DNA of 64,000 bases from Raillietiella orientalis. Lineage: Eukaryota. The notes under the pieces are model-generated. The model was not told the origin of the DNA and ran no database searches. It saw nothing but the letters and a program-made list of their open reading frames with translations. Below, piece after piece: positions 36,441 through 51,000 of the stretch. Where the stretch lies: contig JAYWIR010000052.1 in the NCBI GenBank assembly GCA_036172245.1, forward strand, positions 558,001-622,000, in the 5' to 3' direction. Position 1 is the first letter of the stretch. Each line of letters begins with the position of its first letter. The position numbers and the translations under genes are program-made.

Positions 36441-39400
36441 ATGGCATGCAACATGAATGAGCGGGAAAGGTTCTCAGAGTTGATTATGCCGATTAAGGAC
36501 TTAACGAAGAATTGGAACGTGGATATTGTCAAGGTATCTGATAAAACACGGACTGTGGTTAATTTGCATGCTTGCATGTAAAGAGTGGACGTATGTGCTG
36601 ATTGTTTCGCTTCAGAAATGCATGAATCGCAGAGGAATTCTTTTTTTTTTTAAAATACCACACTTATGGGATATTGTATATTGTGATTATCAACCTTGTT
36701 GTTTTGGTGGCATTTTCCGCGCGAGAGGTGTCTGCACGTGCGACTGTTTACGGCTTTGTTCCCGCTTCCTCAGTCAAGATATTTATGACTAGTAAATGCC
36801 CAAGTCAAATCTTGTGGGCCATTGAGGCGTTTTTCCCCAAAATTTGGTTTGTATTTGGATGCATTGTACTTATTGATACTAAATAAGGTAATAACCATTA
36901 GCGGAGGTATTAGTCACCATTGTGGACAGTTCTATCATCCTGCGTGCTATCCCCATCATATCCTATTCTGGTTTGCAAATCAGTGCACATTGTTTTCTTT
37001 TAAGAAGTTTTGACGATATGTCATTTTAATGGACTGAGCTTTAATATATTGGGTGCCTCATCAAAGTCATAACTCCATTCGTCAAATCTTCATTCCGAAT
37101 TCAAACAGTTTGTATTATGAAATTTATTGTATAAATGAATTTCTGCACTTTATTATGAATAAAATACATAATGGTAGTAAATTAATCCAAATTATAATTC
37201 CATATTTTGTATCTTTTAGTACCTTTCCGAGTATTTAAGCAAATTACCTCTCATCCCATTGCATTTAGGTGGTATTAGTACTTTAAACTTTGCAGAAGCA
37301 GCACTGTTGATACAAGGTTCAGCATATGTGTATAGTCGAAAAGTTGAACTGCTTTGGAAGTTGATGCATGATATCTTGAACATACTTCATACAAAAAAGT
37401 AATAGTTCATTTTATTGAAATGATGTACAGCAACATACGTTTTGCATTTTTTAGCAATGAAATTTATACTGTTGACAGGAAGAAAAGTCCGTGTTTCTAT
37501 GTTAGAACTGCAGAAATTCAAGATGAGTTTGAATCCCTCGTTTCTGCATTGAAGCCAGGTGAATTACTTTGCAGATTATGATGGCAACGACCTCTTTAAT
37601 TATCAATGTTTAGAAAAAAAAGCCATGTTAAGGGAAAGTTACTCAAATGCAAACGTAAATCTTTCAATGCTCCCAACCGTTCCTTCTGTATTGGTAGATT
37701 TCTTCAAATCAGAAAACAGCGTTAACAAGCTTCCTATAGTTTTGACAGATCTTAGCATAATTGGCTATAAAAGAGATTTTAAGTAATTTATTTGCATATA
37801 TTTGGCCAATAATAACTCTTTGTAGATCAACTGGAGTAGTTTGTTCAAAACATGGAGCTGCCTTGCATAATATAAAAGACTGTTCTGAACATGAACTTTT
37901 AGGGTCACAAAAATCTGCAGTTGCTTTCAAAAGTAAGAAAATTTTTCATTTTATTTTGTCCAAATGCAAATACAAGTTGCATTTATAATTAGCAAATTGA
38001 AATATACACTTTTGTTTGAAACCTAGAATAAATAGTGATAAATGATCATAAGATATAAAGAAATGTTGAAATATTTTAAATAGCAGTATTTGTTTTGAAA
38101 TTGAATTTTATCACAAGACAGTACATCATCCTATGTATTATGTGTAGGAGGTTGGCTTATTGAAGCCAAGAAAAAAAAAATGTTTAGCTTTTCCCATCAG
38201 TAATGCACTAAACCAATTCCCTTATTTCAGATCATTAAGCATTCAGTTTTTCATAGTCTGAGCTTTGTAATTACTGTTTTTTATATTTCAGCTGTTGATG
38301 CTTTGCTTTCTTCATTGTAAAGTAGAGCACATTGAGAAGTACTCTTAAGTCACGAGGTTTTAATTAACTTCAGTGGTTCTTGATTACAACTAGCTTGGTG
38401 CATGCAAATCCTAAGAGAAGTAATTTTGCCCAGCAGGAATTCAGTCCTGATATTTCCTTGGGAGTAGAATTCGGCATTTAATTTCCACTTGATTTCTGGC
38501 CACTGGAACTCCAATATGAAACTTTTCTGACAAATTTCCTATTGCTTCTCATTGAAATTGGTTGCTTTCGTAGAAATCGTTTTGTGTAATGAGCAGTACT
38601 TGTGTAAAATTGGTACTATGTGTGTCATTTGAAATACATACTGCAAATTTCTCATTTATGGGCACTCCACATTGATTCGTTTTCTTTACATAGAAACAAG
38701 CTAATAATAGATATAGAGTTCAAAAACTATTCGAGATCCTTAAAGTTTTTGGTATGCACAAAAGATTGAACAATATAGGCATGACTCATATGTAGAAACC
38801 ACTTTATGTGGTATTCTATTAAGTCACATTTTGAAAATGCTCAGGTTCATAAGGCGTGAATTCTTTCTGTATGACCAAGTCTTCAAATAAGCTTTTTTGT
38901 TTTGCCTTCCTGAAGTATACAAATTTTGTTCCTAGAAAAAGCATGTTTCTTACGTATTCTTTTTTTTGGTCATTAAAAAAACAACATAGTTTGTTAATTT
39001 ATATGAAATGAAAATGAAAATTTGTAATTAGGAAGTGTTGCTAAATATTTCCGTTGATATATGAACTTGATAATGTGCAGCTCTTTCAAATAATTCTTTC
39101 TTGGCTTTTACCATTTACTGTTAAAAGAATCCAGATTGCAGATATTGCTGCTGGAAGAGCTTACTACACCAGTGTTTGAAGCTTTTATGAAGGCTGCTTA
39201 GGATCTCAGCTTTGTGTCTTGTATTTATAAGCTTTACTGAGTGTGCTCTTCCTATTCATAGGTTCTAATCTGGTAGCATGTGTTACTTTTGGTGTTCATT
39301 AATTAGTATCACCAGTGTAATCTTTTCTCTTGAACCTACTTCTGAGATACTGTAAGAGGTATCAGAGACAATGTGCGGAGGTCATTCATTTATAAATGGG

Positions 39401-42022
39401 TACTTTGCACATTTAGCACATGTGGTCAGTTCACTTATTATATGTGGCAGCAGTGCCCATTTTAAATCGTAAATACTGATTCAAATGCAACAAGCTTATA
39501 CCTGCTTGTTCCATTTTGATTACTGTAACATCACAATGTGTACATTGTGATGTGGATGTGTACCTGTACACATCACGATGTGTACTACCAATAATTTGCC
39601 CAAGCTGCTCAAGACGTGCACTCTTGCTATTTCATATTTCAGTTGCATATTGTTTTTTTGCCAACCATTCAGTAGTACAACAGTGTATGACATGTGTACG
39701 ACAGTAGTATGATGACAATGTGAGGCCTGCATTTAAGATCGTCAGTTTCCAAGTTTGCGTACTCATTTTTTATATTCAAAACTGTTCCAGTTTAAATCTC
39801 CTTCAGGTGACCCAACACTCCTAACCTTTTTGTACTAGTGCGTTGTGAAAGTTTTAAATCCATTTACCCAGTACCATCATTCGAACTATTCCTCTCAAGT
39901 GCTCATTTGTACGTTTGCATGAGTCCTCGTTTGCTTCAGGAGCTTTAATCTTGATGATGACAACGACAATTATAATAATAAATACCAAGCACTTCAAGTT
40001 TGTTGGAACATGAATGCCGATTTCTCCTCGTTTTGTTCTGCAGGTAGCATTAATTTTTGGATTAAAAAAAAAGATTTTTCCTTTGAATCACGCCATCAGT
40101 TTCGTGCAACTGAAGGCAATGGTTAGCAGAGCATTTTCAGTACTGCCGACTGCTAGCAGTTTTGCAGAGGGAGGTCTCTTTGCACATCAACATCTTGTGC
40201 TTTTGTGCATCTTTTTAAAGGTCTTTTACGAAGGCTTTTCATACTGTGTTTGAGTTTACTAATCACCGGCGCGGTGATTCCTACTCGATCCGAATTTACA
40301 GAAGTGAACATCTTTTACAGCTTTTTGTAACAAATGCTCCTGTGGTTATTTTTCGATACAACTTACTTCATTTACCGTTTAAGTTGTTTTGAGTGAGTGA
40401 TGACATGAATGAGTCAGTCATTGATGCCTGGAATATTTTTCTTCGGAATTTTGAATCATGTTACAATAAGGGGAAACGAGTTTTGTAACTTACCTTTGTA
40501 TGCATCCACCAACATTCATGAATTCCGTAACTAAATCTTATCCTTGAGTTTGGTGCCTTATTTACGTCTGAATGACGTGAGTTTGTTACAGGTGATTGAG
40601 CAACATGCCCATTTTTTGATGTATTAATCACTTATGAAGCTCAGTGCACATCCATAAATCCACCAATGTCCCCTGTATACGAAGCAAAGTAATGAAATAG
40701 TGGTCTTAACATGCCTGCTTGTATTTGCAACTTTTTCAATACAAAATCCAATGCTAACCCCAATGCAAACTTGTATCACCGTTTGCCCTTTGTTCCATTT
40801 TATGAAGTTCTAAGTGTGTATTATTAGGGTCTCAGGATGCTGCAGCAATGTTAAGTAATTTTGTAAGCAGATGTTTTTGCATTTCAGGAGGCAGTGAAAG
40901 CAATGATGATTCTAGTCATGATTTATTGGACGACAATTATCAAAATGACCATGAATATTCTGAACAAGAAAGCACTCTTCCTACAGGAGAGAAAAGTCCC
41001 AATTATTCAGCAGAACATATGGGTATTCTCGAACCCATTGATCCGCATAAAGAACAAGTTGTACCAACAGAAAGGAAAAAAAGGCCAATTTATCAAATAC
41101 CTTTGGAATTGCACGACTATATGAAGAAGCGAAAATTGAGTGATGGATCTCCTGTAAGCTTATATTTCATTTCACCTGTCTATAAATCTTGCAGAGGAAA
41201 AATCCCTGTAGTGCACCAAACATAAACATGTTTTTCAATGACAGGATTACAACACATTTTCTAAAGCGAATCAAGATTAAAGTTTTGCCTGAATTTCTAA
41301 GCAGTGCATTGCAACAGAGCTCGGTGAAACAAAGGAAGTCAAAAAAAACGTACTTAAATGGTTTGTATTATCCTGTAGTTGTGCACTCATATTTATGTGT
41401 ATCTAGACTTCAGCTCTGAAGAGCACAGTTTTGAATGCCAATTAGACAATGGTTTGTATGCTGCATAAAAAGCATGCATTATTAAAGAATTTTTTAGATG
41501 AGCAGCATTTTGTAGATGACCATCAAAACATATATTCACAAGATAGTGACTGTGCTGGAAATAATGATTGTCATGAAACTGACTATGCCAAACTTATGCA
41601 ACATCATGTGCAAAATCGTTTATCTTCCGAATTCTGTTGCACATCCTCGAATTTCAGTAAAAATGTAAATGAATGGCACCAAAGCATACTGAATAAACTG
41701 GAAAAGACTGAACATACCCCCTTTAATATTTCAAATTATGAACATTTCATCGTAACCAAATTTTCTGGCACAAAGAAAAAATCATCTTTGCATTTTACTG
41801 AGATCTGTAAAAACCAGAACCGTCCAGATATTGCAAGGCTCTTTCTTGCCACCCTTTCTTTGGTATGTAGTATGTATTGCTAGAGTGGGGCAAATCTCAA
41901 ATCTACAACAGGCGAGCAGAAGCAATCTGCAACTGATTCAAAAGGATAATATATTAGAATTAAAACTGCTTAGCCAAGATGTGCCCAACCATGCAGAATT
42001 CTATACATTGACAAACAGATGA
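36441..42022 (+). CDS. NCAPH2: Condensin II complex subunit H2 (kleisin beta, CAP-H2), 534 aa, 10 exons
   Basis: Exons 36441-36533, 37220-37398, 37455-37558, 37614-37782, 37826-37932, 40888-41153, 41195-41360, 41407-41451, 41498-41862, 41912-42022 (1605 nt, GT-AG). N-domain 'RFSELIMPIKDLTKNWNVDI...LNFAEAALLIQGSAYVYSRKVELLW'; C-domain 'VNEWHQSI...PFNISNY...IARLFLATLSLASRSNL...LELKLL'. Middle exons inferred from phase and splice sites. Confidence 0.92.
38250..38900 (-). mobile_element. AT-eroded L1-like endonuclease relic inside NCAPH2 intron 5
   Basis: Minus strand 'QCGVPI' (~38665), 'KWKLNAEF' (WKLN motif, ~38480), 'LKPRDLRVLLNVLYFTMKK'. Confidence 0.4.
39528..39585. repeat. Chain of three palindromes, each with a 2-nt spacer
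   Basis: ACATCACAATGT-gt-ACATTGTGATGT (39528-39553); GATGTGTAC-ct-GTACACATC (39555-39574); GTACACATC-ac-GATGTGTAC (39566-39585). Confidence 0.9.
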
Positions 42023-42999
42023 AATTTCTAAGAATCATATCATCATAATGAGTATGAAAGATGGCATTTCTCCATGAGGTAATTTCCGAATACCATGTTC
42101 AATTATTCAGGATTCATGAATTTCAATCCAGTAATTAACAAATGTAGTAGTAATTCGTGACCAGTCTTCTGGTTATTAAATTACTCAACATTGCAATACT
42201 CATATTAATGTTAGTAATTTTGATATGGTTAATTGCTGTATCCATTATGTAGAGGAAAAAAGAGGTTCTTCAGTTGCAAGGTGAACAGCTGAGGAGGCCG
42301 GTTATTCAGAGATTACATGTAGAATGTGTGAACAAAAATGTGCAGATGAGTGCAGCAGCTTGACTATTTGATTTCTACTGATTTGATTTGAAACTGCAAC
42401 TATAAGGTTAAAAATTGTTTCATTGTTCATTCATCCAAATGAAGAAATGACATGGGAAAAATGTAACCTTCACACATTTAAGAAAAGCAGCAGCAGCAAG
42501 TGATCTCCATTTGCCACACCAAAGAATGTTCATTATGTGGGGCTAGACTGAGTAAGCATTTTTTTTTCTTCTTCTGCTATCTTGCTCATTAATTTAGAAC
42601 ACTACATAATTTGTAACCATTAAAAATGATTGATTTTTTGTTTTTTATTCCCATCTCATTTTTTTTTTTTTTAGAAATAAAGTAACTGTACTCAGTTCTT
42701 ATGGATTTCAGTTCTCACTTCAGCATCAAAAGAAGGATCAATTCTAAACGTAAATGATGGTGAAGATGCTTTTATTAGTATACAAAAATGGTTCTTTTTA
42801 AGTTATTCGAATATGGAAGAAATAAAAGGAAATATTTTCCAAAAAGCGTAAAGTTTTTTCTTTGAGGAAACATGAAATTACAGAACCAGAATCCTTTTCC
42901 AAAATAAGCCACACTTCACATAACAGTTGGGATTTAAGCACCACGGAACCAACAAAAGAAAATACTGACAAGCAAGCAAAGCAGGATGAAGCACCTAAA

Positions 43000-45900
43000 G
43001 GAAATTTCTACATGCAGAGCCTCCTTAAAGGCTTAAAACTTATTAACAAAGCAGTGTGATTCCTGAAGATGCTTTTGATGTCTTCTGGGATCACCCAACT
43101 TGGATAAAGAGGTAACAACCCATTATTTCTTGTAAAAATGAAAATGTCAGAATTTTGGCAATCTTACAAGGTACGCTTGCACACATATACAATCAAGTTT
43201 TCCAACTACATGAAAACGCTTTAACTGTATTTTTCTTTTTTTAAAAAAAAAAACATGAACAAAGATGTTTTATACTTATTATAGATTCCACTGACCTTTT
43301 GCATCTTCCTAGGCAGTGACTAACCGATTGAAAACCTTATTAATGGGAGCACGCGTACGGGTCCTCATCAACTGGTGGCTTCCACTGCTTCACACCAGGT
43401 CACCTGACCCAACAGTAACTGGTGACTTCCAGACAGCCATTCGGCCTAAGGCAGTTAAAATTTCGGGATGTTTAGCAGTGGATCGGTCCGTCCAAGCAGT
43501 GTCCCTTGGAGTCTTCTTGTTTTCAGTTCTTTCCACGAGTCCATTGCGTTACGTGCTGGACATCGTGAATTAAATGCGACTTACATTAGTAATGGATTCA
43601 CATCATCTAGAAATTAGGTGGTTTGCAAAAAAATAAATTGGTGCCCCCTTTTTTTTTGTTTGTTTTTTTTTTTCGACTCCCGAGAACTGAGATTTGTGAA
43701 TTACGTTTCGTTCCATGAATCTCCTGCTAGTTGGCTCGTGGACCACTTCCTGGTCTCCTCCGGTGGACGTCCTCCGGAAATCGTGTTGCATGCCGTTGGC
43801 AAGCGACAAGAAGCTGCTGCCTCCATCGCGAGCCACTTGGTTGCCAGAAGCGACGGTTCTCGCAAAAAAAAACAGTCAGTGTGTCAGCCGTCTGTCATCT
43901 CTCGTGAAAATTGGAGCTTTCTCTGAATGTGCCCGAAGCTCTTCGTGCCATCGTTGACGTCGCGCGCTCGTCAAAACATTACTTTTGCATGGGTTCCACG
44001 AGATAATAGGAACTGCTTCGTCAGATGTTGATTATTTCGAGTTCTTTAAGGCCGCGGGGCTCTTGTTTTCTCGTTGGGATGTTTTTCACTTACGTCCAGG
44101 TTGAGATTCAAGCTTGGGTTTATCAGTTGCCTTTATGCTAACAAAGGCGATAAGCAATAAGACATGAAGATGGAATTGTGGTTTCCTTGATTTCCCAACG
44201 GCTGACCACTTTCTATGAAATCTATGCAGGCAGCTTTTGCAAAAAATTTTCTCCTGTTTTCTCGATACACGTGCTGTCGATTTAATGGGATTGGAAAGTG
44301 ATTTTCTTTCCTCAGCACTGCACGTCTGCACTTGCCCGACTTGCACTTCACTACGATGAATCATTTCATTCACGAACTTGTGGACTCCCTCCTTTCGTTT
44401 GCCTGTTCTGAAATCCTGCTAGCAATGGGATGGTTCAGAAAGGAAGGAAAAGAAAGAAAAAAAAAAAACGGTTCCAGAGGAACGCCGAGTCCGCTGTCTG
44501 CTTTGGCCTTCTCCTCCCGGAGGACGCGCCTCCTCTTTCCTGCGTTGGCTTCGACCGGAATGCACCCCGGGCAGTCCTCCCTCGTTCTGCCCCTCCTCCC
44601 GCCTGCCTTTCCACCGCGTGTGAGCTTTCCACGAAATGCCCCGCCGAATTCTCGATCTGCTCGGCGTCCTCGCAGTTTGTTCCGGGTTGGGGTCGGGCTT
44701 TCACTCCCACCCCTTCATCCAGGACTCGGGACACGAATTTTCCGCCCATCTGCGCTGCCGGTAACTCTTCTGGGCAGTGCCGAGGCAGTCGGGCAAATTG
44801 ATGCACACGCGGTGCATTTTATCTCGCGGTCCATTCGAGTGGCTGCACCTCTGCTTTGAAAGTTCCAATCGTATATCCCCAATCGTCTGACTGGCATCAC
44901 CGGCCAATACATCCGACGATAGGCTTTTCGGTGGTTTAATAGGAATACCACTTGTGGATTGGCCTTTTGTGCCTGTCATTTCCCTTCGCCGGACTTACAT
45001 TATCCTAATTTATACCCAGTTCATCACGATCCACAGTAGTTTTCGTTTCTTTGATTCTACTTTACAGTCCCCTTTTCTGCTGAACAATTTTTTTTCTTTT
45101 TGGAAGCTCCGTGAACCGAATTCGAGTTCTCTTGTTGTTTCGTCCTCTATCATTGCACTCTGGATAACGACCCTTTTTTTTTGCATTTTTTTTATGACTT
45201 CAGCTATTCACCTTATGTTCATCCGAGATGCGAGTATCGTTGATAAACTTTTGCCACTGGCGTTGCATGCACCGCGGTCTCCAATTTGAATGTCCGTCTT
45301 TCACATTCCATCCTCCTCGTTCGATGTTGCTTTCCTCCGCCGAAAACATGGTTTGGAGGACTTGTGGTCCACGGACGCTTCTCGTCCGCGCATCTTCCCG
45401 CACGCACGGCTCGTGGACCACGCGATCCGATGAAGAGAAATGACGAGGGGAAACTCCGGCAGCTCCCAGATTTTCTTCATTCCCTCCTCATTTCTATCAA
45501 TTCTTGTTTTTGTTTAGCTCTGAGTGTCTGAGAAAGCTTTCACCGTTTTCGATCCCGTGAGATTCCTGGATTCACTGATTTAAGCAAACGATTCCTCCAT
45601 CAACTACTATTTCACTCTTCCCCCCCCCCTCCCCCACGAAACCTTTCGCTTCCCCTTCGTGCTGTCGAAGGGTCAGCTGGCGAGACTTTCGTTCCACTCC
45701 CTGAAGCGTTCGTTTCTTCCTGTTGGGCATGGAGTTTTTGACACCCTAAAAGACTGCTTTCAGGTGTGTCCAGAATCCTCGTGGGATAGTGGGATGACCA
45801 TGAAATCCGTCGTGAAGGAGTCAGGTGATTTGAAAGAGCACTCATTCGGAAAAAGGCTTTCCATATTTCGAAGTACTGTCCTTCCTTTTTCCCGAACGGT

Positions 45901-47000
45901 AGATGAGATCCGATGCGGTTGTGGATCATGTGATGATTATAGAGTTCCTTACTCCTGCGCAAGACGGGCGGTCCTGGTTATTTTCCTCGAGGGTGGCAAC
46001 GTCTATTGGTCCGGCTCGATGATTCTGACTTTCATCGCGTTCGGAGCCTCCTTTGCCTGCAGGAGGATCTTCTCGTCCGCCAGCGCGTGCAGGATTTCGC
46101 CCTGGAGTGTGGAAATCAGGAACAGAACCTTCCACGAGTTGGACTACTTCCTGCGCACACTCTGCCGCTTGCGTCCCTCCTCCTCCTCCTCCACGGTCGC
46201 GCGCCGCTTTCTATCGACGCTGCTGGGGGAAGAGGAAGCTCTTGCAGCACTTGCCTCCTCTTCGCCTTTGTCGTCGTCTCATTTTGAGCTTCCATGAAGC
46301 CCGGGTCAGCGCCCGGGCTTCATGAAGGAGCTCTGCTTGCTGCTGCTTTTTTTCCTGCACTGCAGACAGCGGAGGAACCCTCTGCGTCCGTTCCGAATTT
46401 TCTTGCTCTTCCTGCAGGCTTTTTTTTTTTGCGCGTGTCGCATTCTTACAAACGTTAGCAGTAGCTCGAAGGAAACGGTGTTGAGCCTCAGACAAAGCAA
46501 CCCACTGGCAGTGGAGCCACGGATTAGTGTCCTAGTGATTTCTATAATAAACTGTTCAGTAGCCCTAATGTTCCATCAATTCAAGGCTTGTATGACCGTA
46601 GACGCCGATGAATACTGATGTACCTATTCTGTGGTTCGTGAGTTTGGGCACTTGCAAAGGCCACTCGTGACAATTCAGCAAGTAGCTGCACTTTTGATTA
46701 AGAGGAATTTCACGAACCACTACTTTAACCACACTGTGGGTCATAAGTGCAATACTTGATGCGGAAGGAAGACGGCCGTGCCATGTGAAATAAGGTGAGG
46801 TCTTGGATTGTCTGCATATTCGGTTCATTTTCCGCGTCCTTGTGCTCAAGTGAGAGGCAGCAGGTCAAAGACTTCCGTTGGGGCTAAACCAAGGGTCAAC
46901 TGGGAATTAAAGGGCTTGAGGAACGTTGTGATCTCTCGAGGGGCCTGACCCAAAGTGTCTGTTGGCTAAGAAGGAAAAGGTCCGCGAGATCTTTTAAAAC
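43000..47000 (-). mobile_element. Near full-length but heavily decayed L1/Tx1-like ORF2
   Basis: Collinear: endonuclease 'SVFIGVYGHT', linker 'GGKCCKSF', 'KSPDSFTTDF' (KSPGPDGF..EF), 'KDGHSNWRPR' (45271-45300), 'GIPIKPPKSLSSDVLAGDA' (YADD region), zinc finger 'YACSH**GFQSVSHCLGRC' (~43330). Confidence 0.75.
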
Positions 47001-48018
47001 CCACGAGTTTTGCTGCTATTTGCTTCCATTGAATTTTTTGCCCGCTGACAGTTGCTCGAAGTACGAATCGTAATTTCTTTATCTGAAGAGATGGATCCGA
47101 CACACTGCGTGTTGAGCGCCACGGAAAGTTGCTGCTCCCCCCCCTCCCCCCCCTCCAGCTGTGTTTACCGGTGGATTTGTTCGTTTGTTTGCTTGTTTTG
47201 CAGGGTGCTAACAGAATCTCGCAAAAAAAAACACTTAGGTTTTTACGATCGATCCGCAATTTTGCAAGGAATAAACGCAACTTACTGCTGCAAATCACGC
47301 ATGCGAGTTGCAGAGTGGGGTAGCGAATCGTTTATGGCTAGATGTGTTTTTTCCATGAGGTGTTTTGTGTCGACAAAAGTGCATTCGTCGCAAGTGTAAA
47401 GTGTTAGCCACACTTTTGGAAAAGATTGTCTTAATTTTGATGGCGGCGGATTTTTATTTATACGGTTTTTTTTTTTGTAATTTTTCATGTGCAAATTTAT
47501 GGTCCATTTACCAAACAGAATTGCATATGATTAAGGATCCTTATAGCAGTATTTTATTTTTCTGTAGAATTAATCCCAAACAGGATTCAAATGTCTTGAT
47601 AATCAAAAGGAAAAAAACAAGCCAAATGAACTGGTACCCCTTGTGTTTGAATTAAATAAATCTGTATTTATGTGAATGTACAGTTTTGGCATAAAATAGC
47701 ATTGATTACCATTTTGCAAAAGGATTGTTGATAGCTTCCTGTGAATACCACAAAATAATTGTTTTCACATTGAATTTTTTGATTTCTAACTGCATTCCTT
47801 CAATGAGCAAGTCAAATTTCTCATCCAGAATTGTTAAAGACTCAATTTAATATCATGTTATCATTAACTTGGTGTATGTAGCTTAAAATTCTACTATTAT
47901 ATGTTGAACTGAAACGTATAGCCCACCCCATTAAATATTCCAAATTTGAACCACGGTAGTGTATTATGAAAATGCTTAGAATATTTTTAACTAGTATTCA
48001 TTTTCAGAGTATAAAAGA

Positions 48019-51000
48019 ATGAATACCTTGGAATGCAGAAAACAAAAATACAAGAATCAGTGTTACAGCATGCAAGCAATGCGCAAAAAAAGAGAAGAAA
48101 TCGGATTTCAGTTAAGGAAAAAGAAACGAGAAGAACATGTTTTTAAAAGAAGATATGTGAACACAAAAGAAAATTATCTGCAGAAATTTTCGGTAAAAAA
48201 TATTCAAATGTATTTTAAGTGTTTATAACTTTTCATGTTGACAATGTTCATGTTTTTTGATTTCAAAGCTTAATGGAGATCTATCAGTTGTTTCTCAGAT
48301 TTGTTCTAAAATAAAAGTATCCATATGAGTGTTTTATGCTCTAATTTCAACAAACGAAAACAAGCTGAAGTAGGATCTCTGTAAAGCTGATGAAAGCTAT
48401 ATTTCTCAGCAATAGCTGTTAGAATTGAATGTTTAAAAACAGCAATGATACTATTTGATAGTCAGAGCAACTAAATGGCATCATTAAAAGTAATTAATTA
48501 ATTTTTTCTTGTGCTCTCATTGTATTTACTTCCAGTGAGTTATAAAATACAGGCACTGTGAAGTATCTGGCTTTTATATCTCAAATGTGCATTGTGTGTG
48601 CTTCTTGATTAATGGGTTTCACTCAATCTGCCTTCAGAAACTTATTTTCTCATTTTGGAATTTTATTGATTTGGTGTGTTTCCTCAGACAACATAAGTGA
48701 TTAGGATGTGTTTTTAAAAAAATGAATATGCTAACTTAGGTGTTATAGGTTTTCATTCAGTTCCAACAAATTTAGATTCCATTGTAGGTATTTGAAAAAA
48801 CATTCATTCTCTGTATGTTTTCAGTTATATGAGGACTTGAATCATGTGATACTTGAATAACTATTTTGGTAAAGTAATTCTTGCAGTTTGCTTTGTTGAT
48901 AGTTTTCAAACAAAAAGAAATTGAAAAACAAGGAGAAGATGACAATTTTGAGTACTTTTATGTTGATCAGTTGTGAAAGTTCATAATGTGCTGATCCTGA
49001 TCTTTAGATCAGACTTGAGACTGATTTGTTTGAGTTCCATCTTGATTGCTGTCAGGGTGAAGGTCACATAATGCACTTTCTGGCAAAGATGCATATTAAA
49101 GTCAATTTCTCTTTTACAACCATTTAGGATTACATTCTGACTTTTTCTGTTTTTCTAACTGCTGCAGTTTTCTCCATTAGCATGATATTACTTTTGTAGA
49201 AATATTTCAACTTGGATTCAGTCTAGCTCTGAACCAAGCCTCTGGATCTAGGGTGTGTTATCCATGAGGAAAATTCAAATTTCGAACCACCCATTTAGTT
49301 ATTTGCTCATTTCATTCAATTTGTTTAATTGTGTTTGTGATCCGCCTTTTTTTATTATCTCCGCATTTGTGTAGTATTTTGCAGGTACTTATAGTTATTT
49401 TTAAGCCATCTTTCACATCCGTTTTCATGAATGTGAATTAGTGATTTTGAAACACGTGAAACTGGATAAAGAAACTAGAGAACTAGTCAGTAAACATTGT
49501 TACAATGAACATTTCATCTGTTCTTTTGAACAAAAGATCTTGCAATATCTAGTGATTATTATCCAACTTCAAAATAAACACGTCCTTTCATAAGAAATGA
49601 ATTTCGGTCAGGATCAGTTGAAAGCCATCCATAAAACCACTTTTAATACTTTCTAGAATCTCACCATTCTTTGTAAATATAAACATGTTACAGGATTCTG
49701 CTTTTGGAAAGTGCGTTTTTAATTCATATGTATTCTGTTGTACCTCTCAGGAAAAAAAAGTGAATCGAGAATGAAGAGGAAATAGTAACTCCACCTGTTC
49801 ATTCTCTTTAAACGCAGCAGGTTAAGTATGTTTCGGTATTTATAGAAGTATTGAGGTATGAGTTTTCTTTGGGGGAAGTTCAACAGCAGTCAGAATTGTT
49901 CCTTATGATATGCTATTGGAACGATATTGTGCATCAAATGAATATTTTTCTTCAAAAACATATGAGTTCTCTACAAATTTGCATTTGAAGTAGAAAAGTT
50001 TTGGTCATGTTCCCGGTGTAAAAGGAGAACACTAGAAGAACAAATCAAAGTTTGCCAGTTTTTCTCAAAAATATTCTGCAGCTGCTTTTGCAAATTTCAT
50101 TTTGCACCGGTAAAGAGGATTTCATCATTTCATTGCAATGAAGAAAAAAGAGAACTCGACAGACAAGAAATGTGGTTAAGAGGAAAGAAGAGCTTGTATG
50201 CCCCAATGTTTTCCAAGTTGATGTTAGGCATGTAATTGATAATTAAAAAAAAGCCTGAATCAGTTGATAAGTTTTGATATATGTCTTAATGGCGGATTCG
50301 ATTTTGATGAATTAGAATTTGAGCCAATTATAGCCAATTATTTAGCCAATTAATCCTTTTTGTGTGTTTTTAGGAAAACGTTGATTATGATAAAGAGAAA
50401 GGCATCACAAAATCGAATATTCACGATTTGTACAGCAATGATGTCGAAAAGCAGTTGTTGGCAACTCAGAAATTCAGAAAGCTGTTATCTCAGAGCCATA
50501 ATCCTCCTATTCAAGAAGTTGTAGATTTAGGAATAATACCCAGACTGGTTGAGCTTTTGAAACAAGAAGGAAATATTATTTTGAAGGTAACAGGGGACTT
50601 TCGTTTAGTTTTGAACATGGGAGCAGCTCCTATGATTAAGTTTTAAACATATGAGCTAACATTAAATACGAAAAGGGATACGATCATTACAAACCCTCAT
50701 TCAATTGAAAAAAGGGGAAAAAATCACAAAAGTTGTTTTAGAAGCACAAATTTTTTTTTTTTTTGGAGGGGGGGGGGGTTCGCTTATTTTTTGAAGTGAA
50801 CTTCAAGAATGAGTAGCGCTATTGTGGATAATAGCACGTCTACATAGATAGCCACGTGAGCACCGGATTACTAATTCAACTCGAGTCTAATTACACTTTA
50901 AGGTTTCTGTTGTTGCCACTTTTCTCTGCAAATGCCCTTTTGTTCCTGAAGCAGATTTCAAAATGGGAGCGCGCGCAATTTGTTAAAACCAACACGGAGG

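Noticed and set aside
40592..40690. Possible additional NCAPH2 exon
   Set aside because: The best acceptor gives an immediate in-frame stop, and exons 5 and 6 already join in phase without it.
49751..49820. Cassette-like segment in importin intron 1
   Set aside because: Stops in all frames tried and the protein is complete without it; a poison exon cannot be supported from sequence alone.
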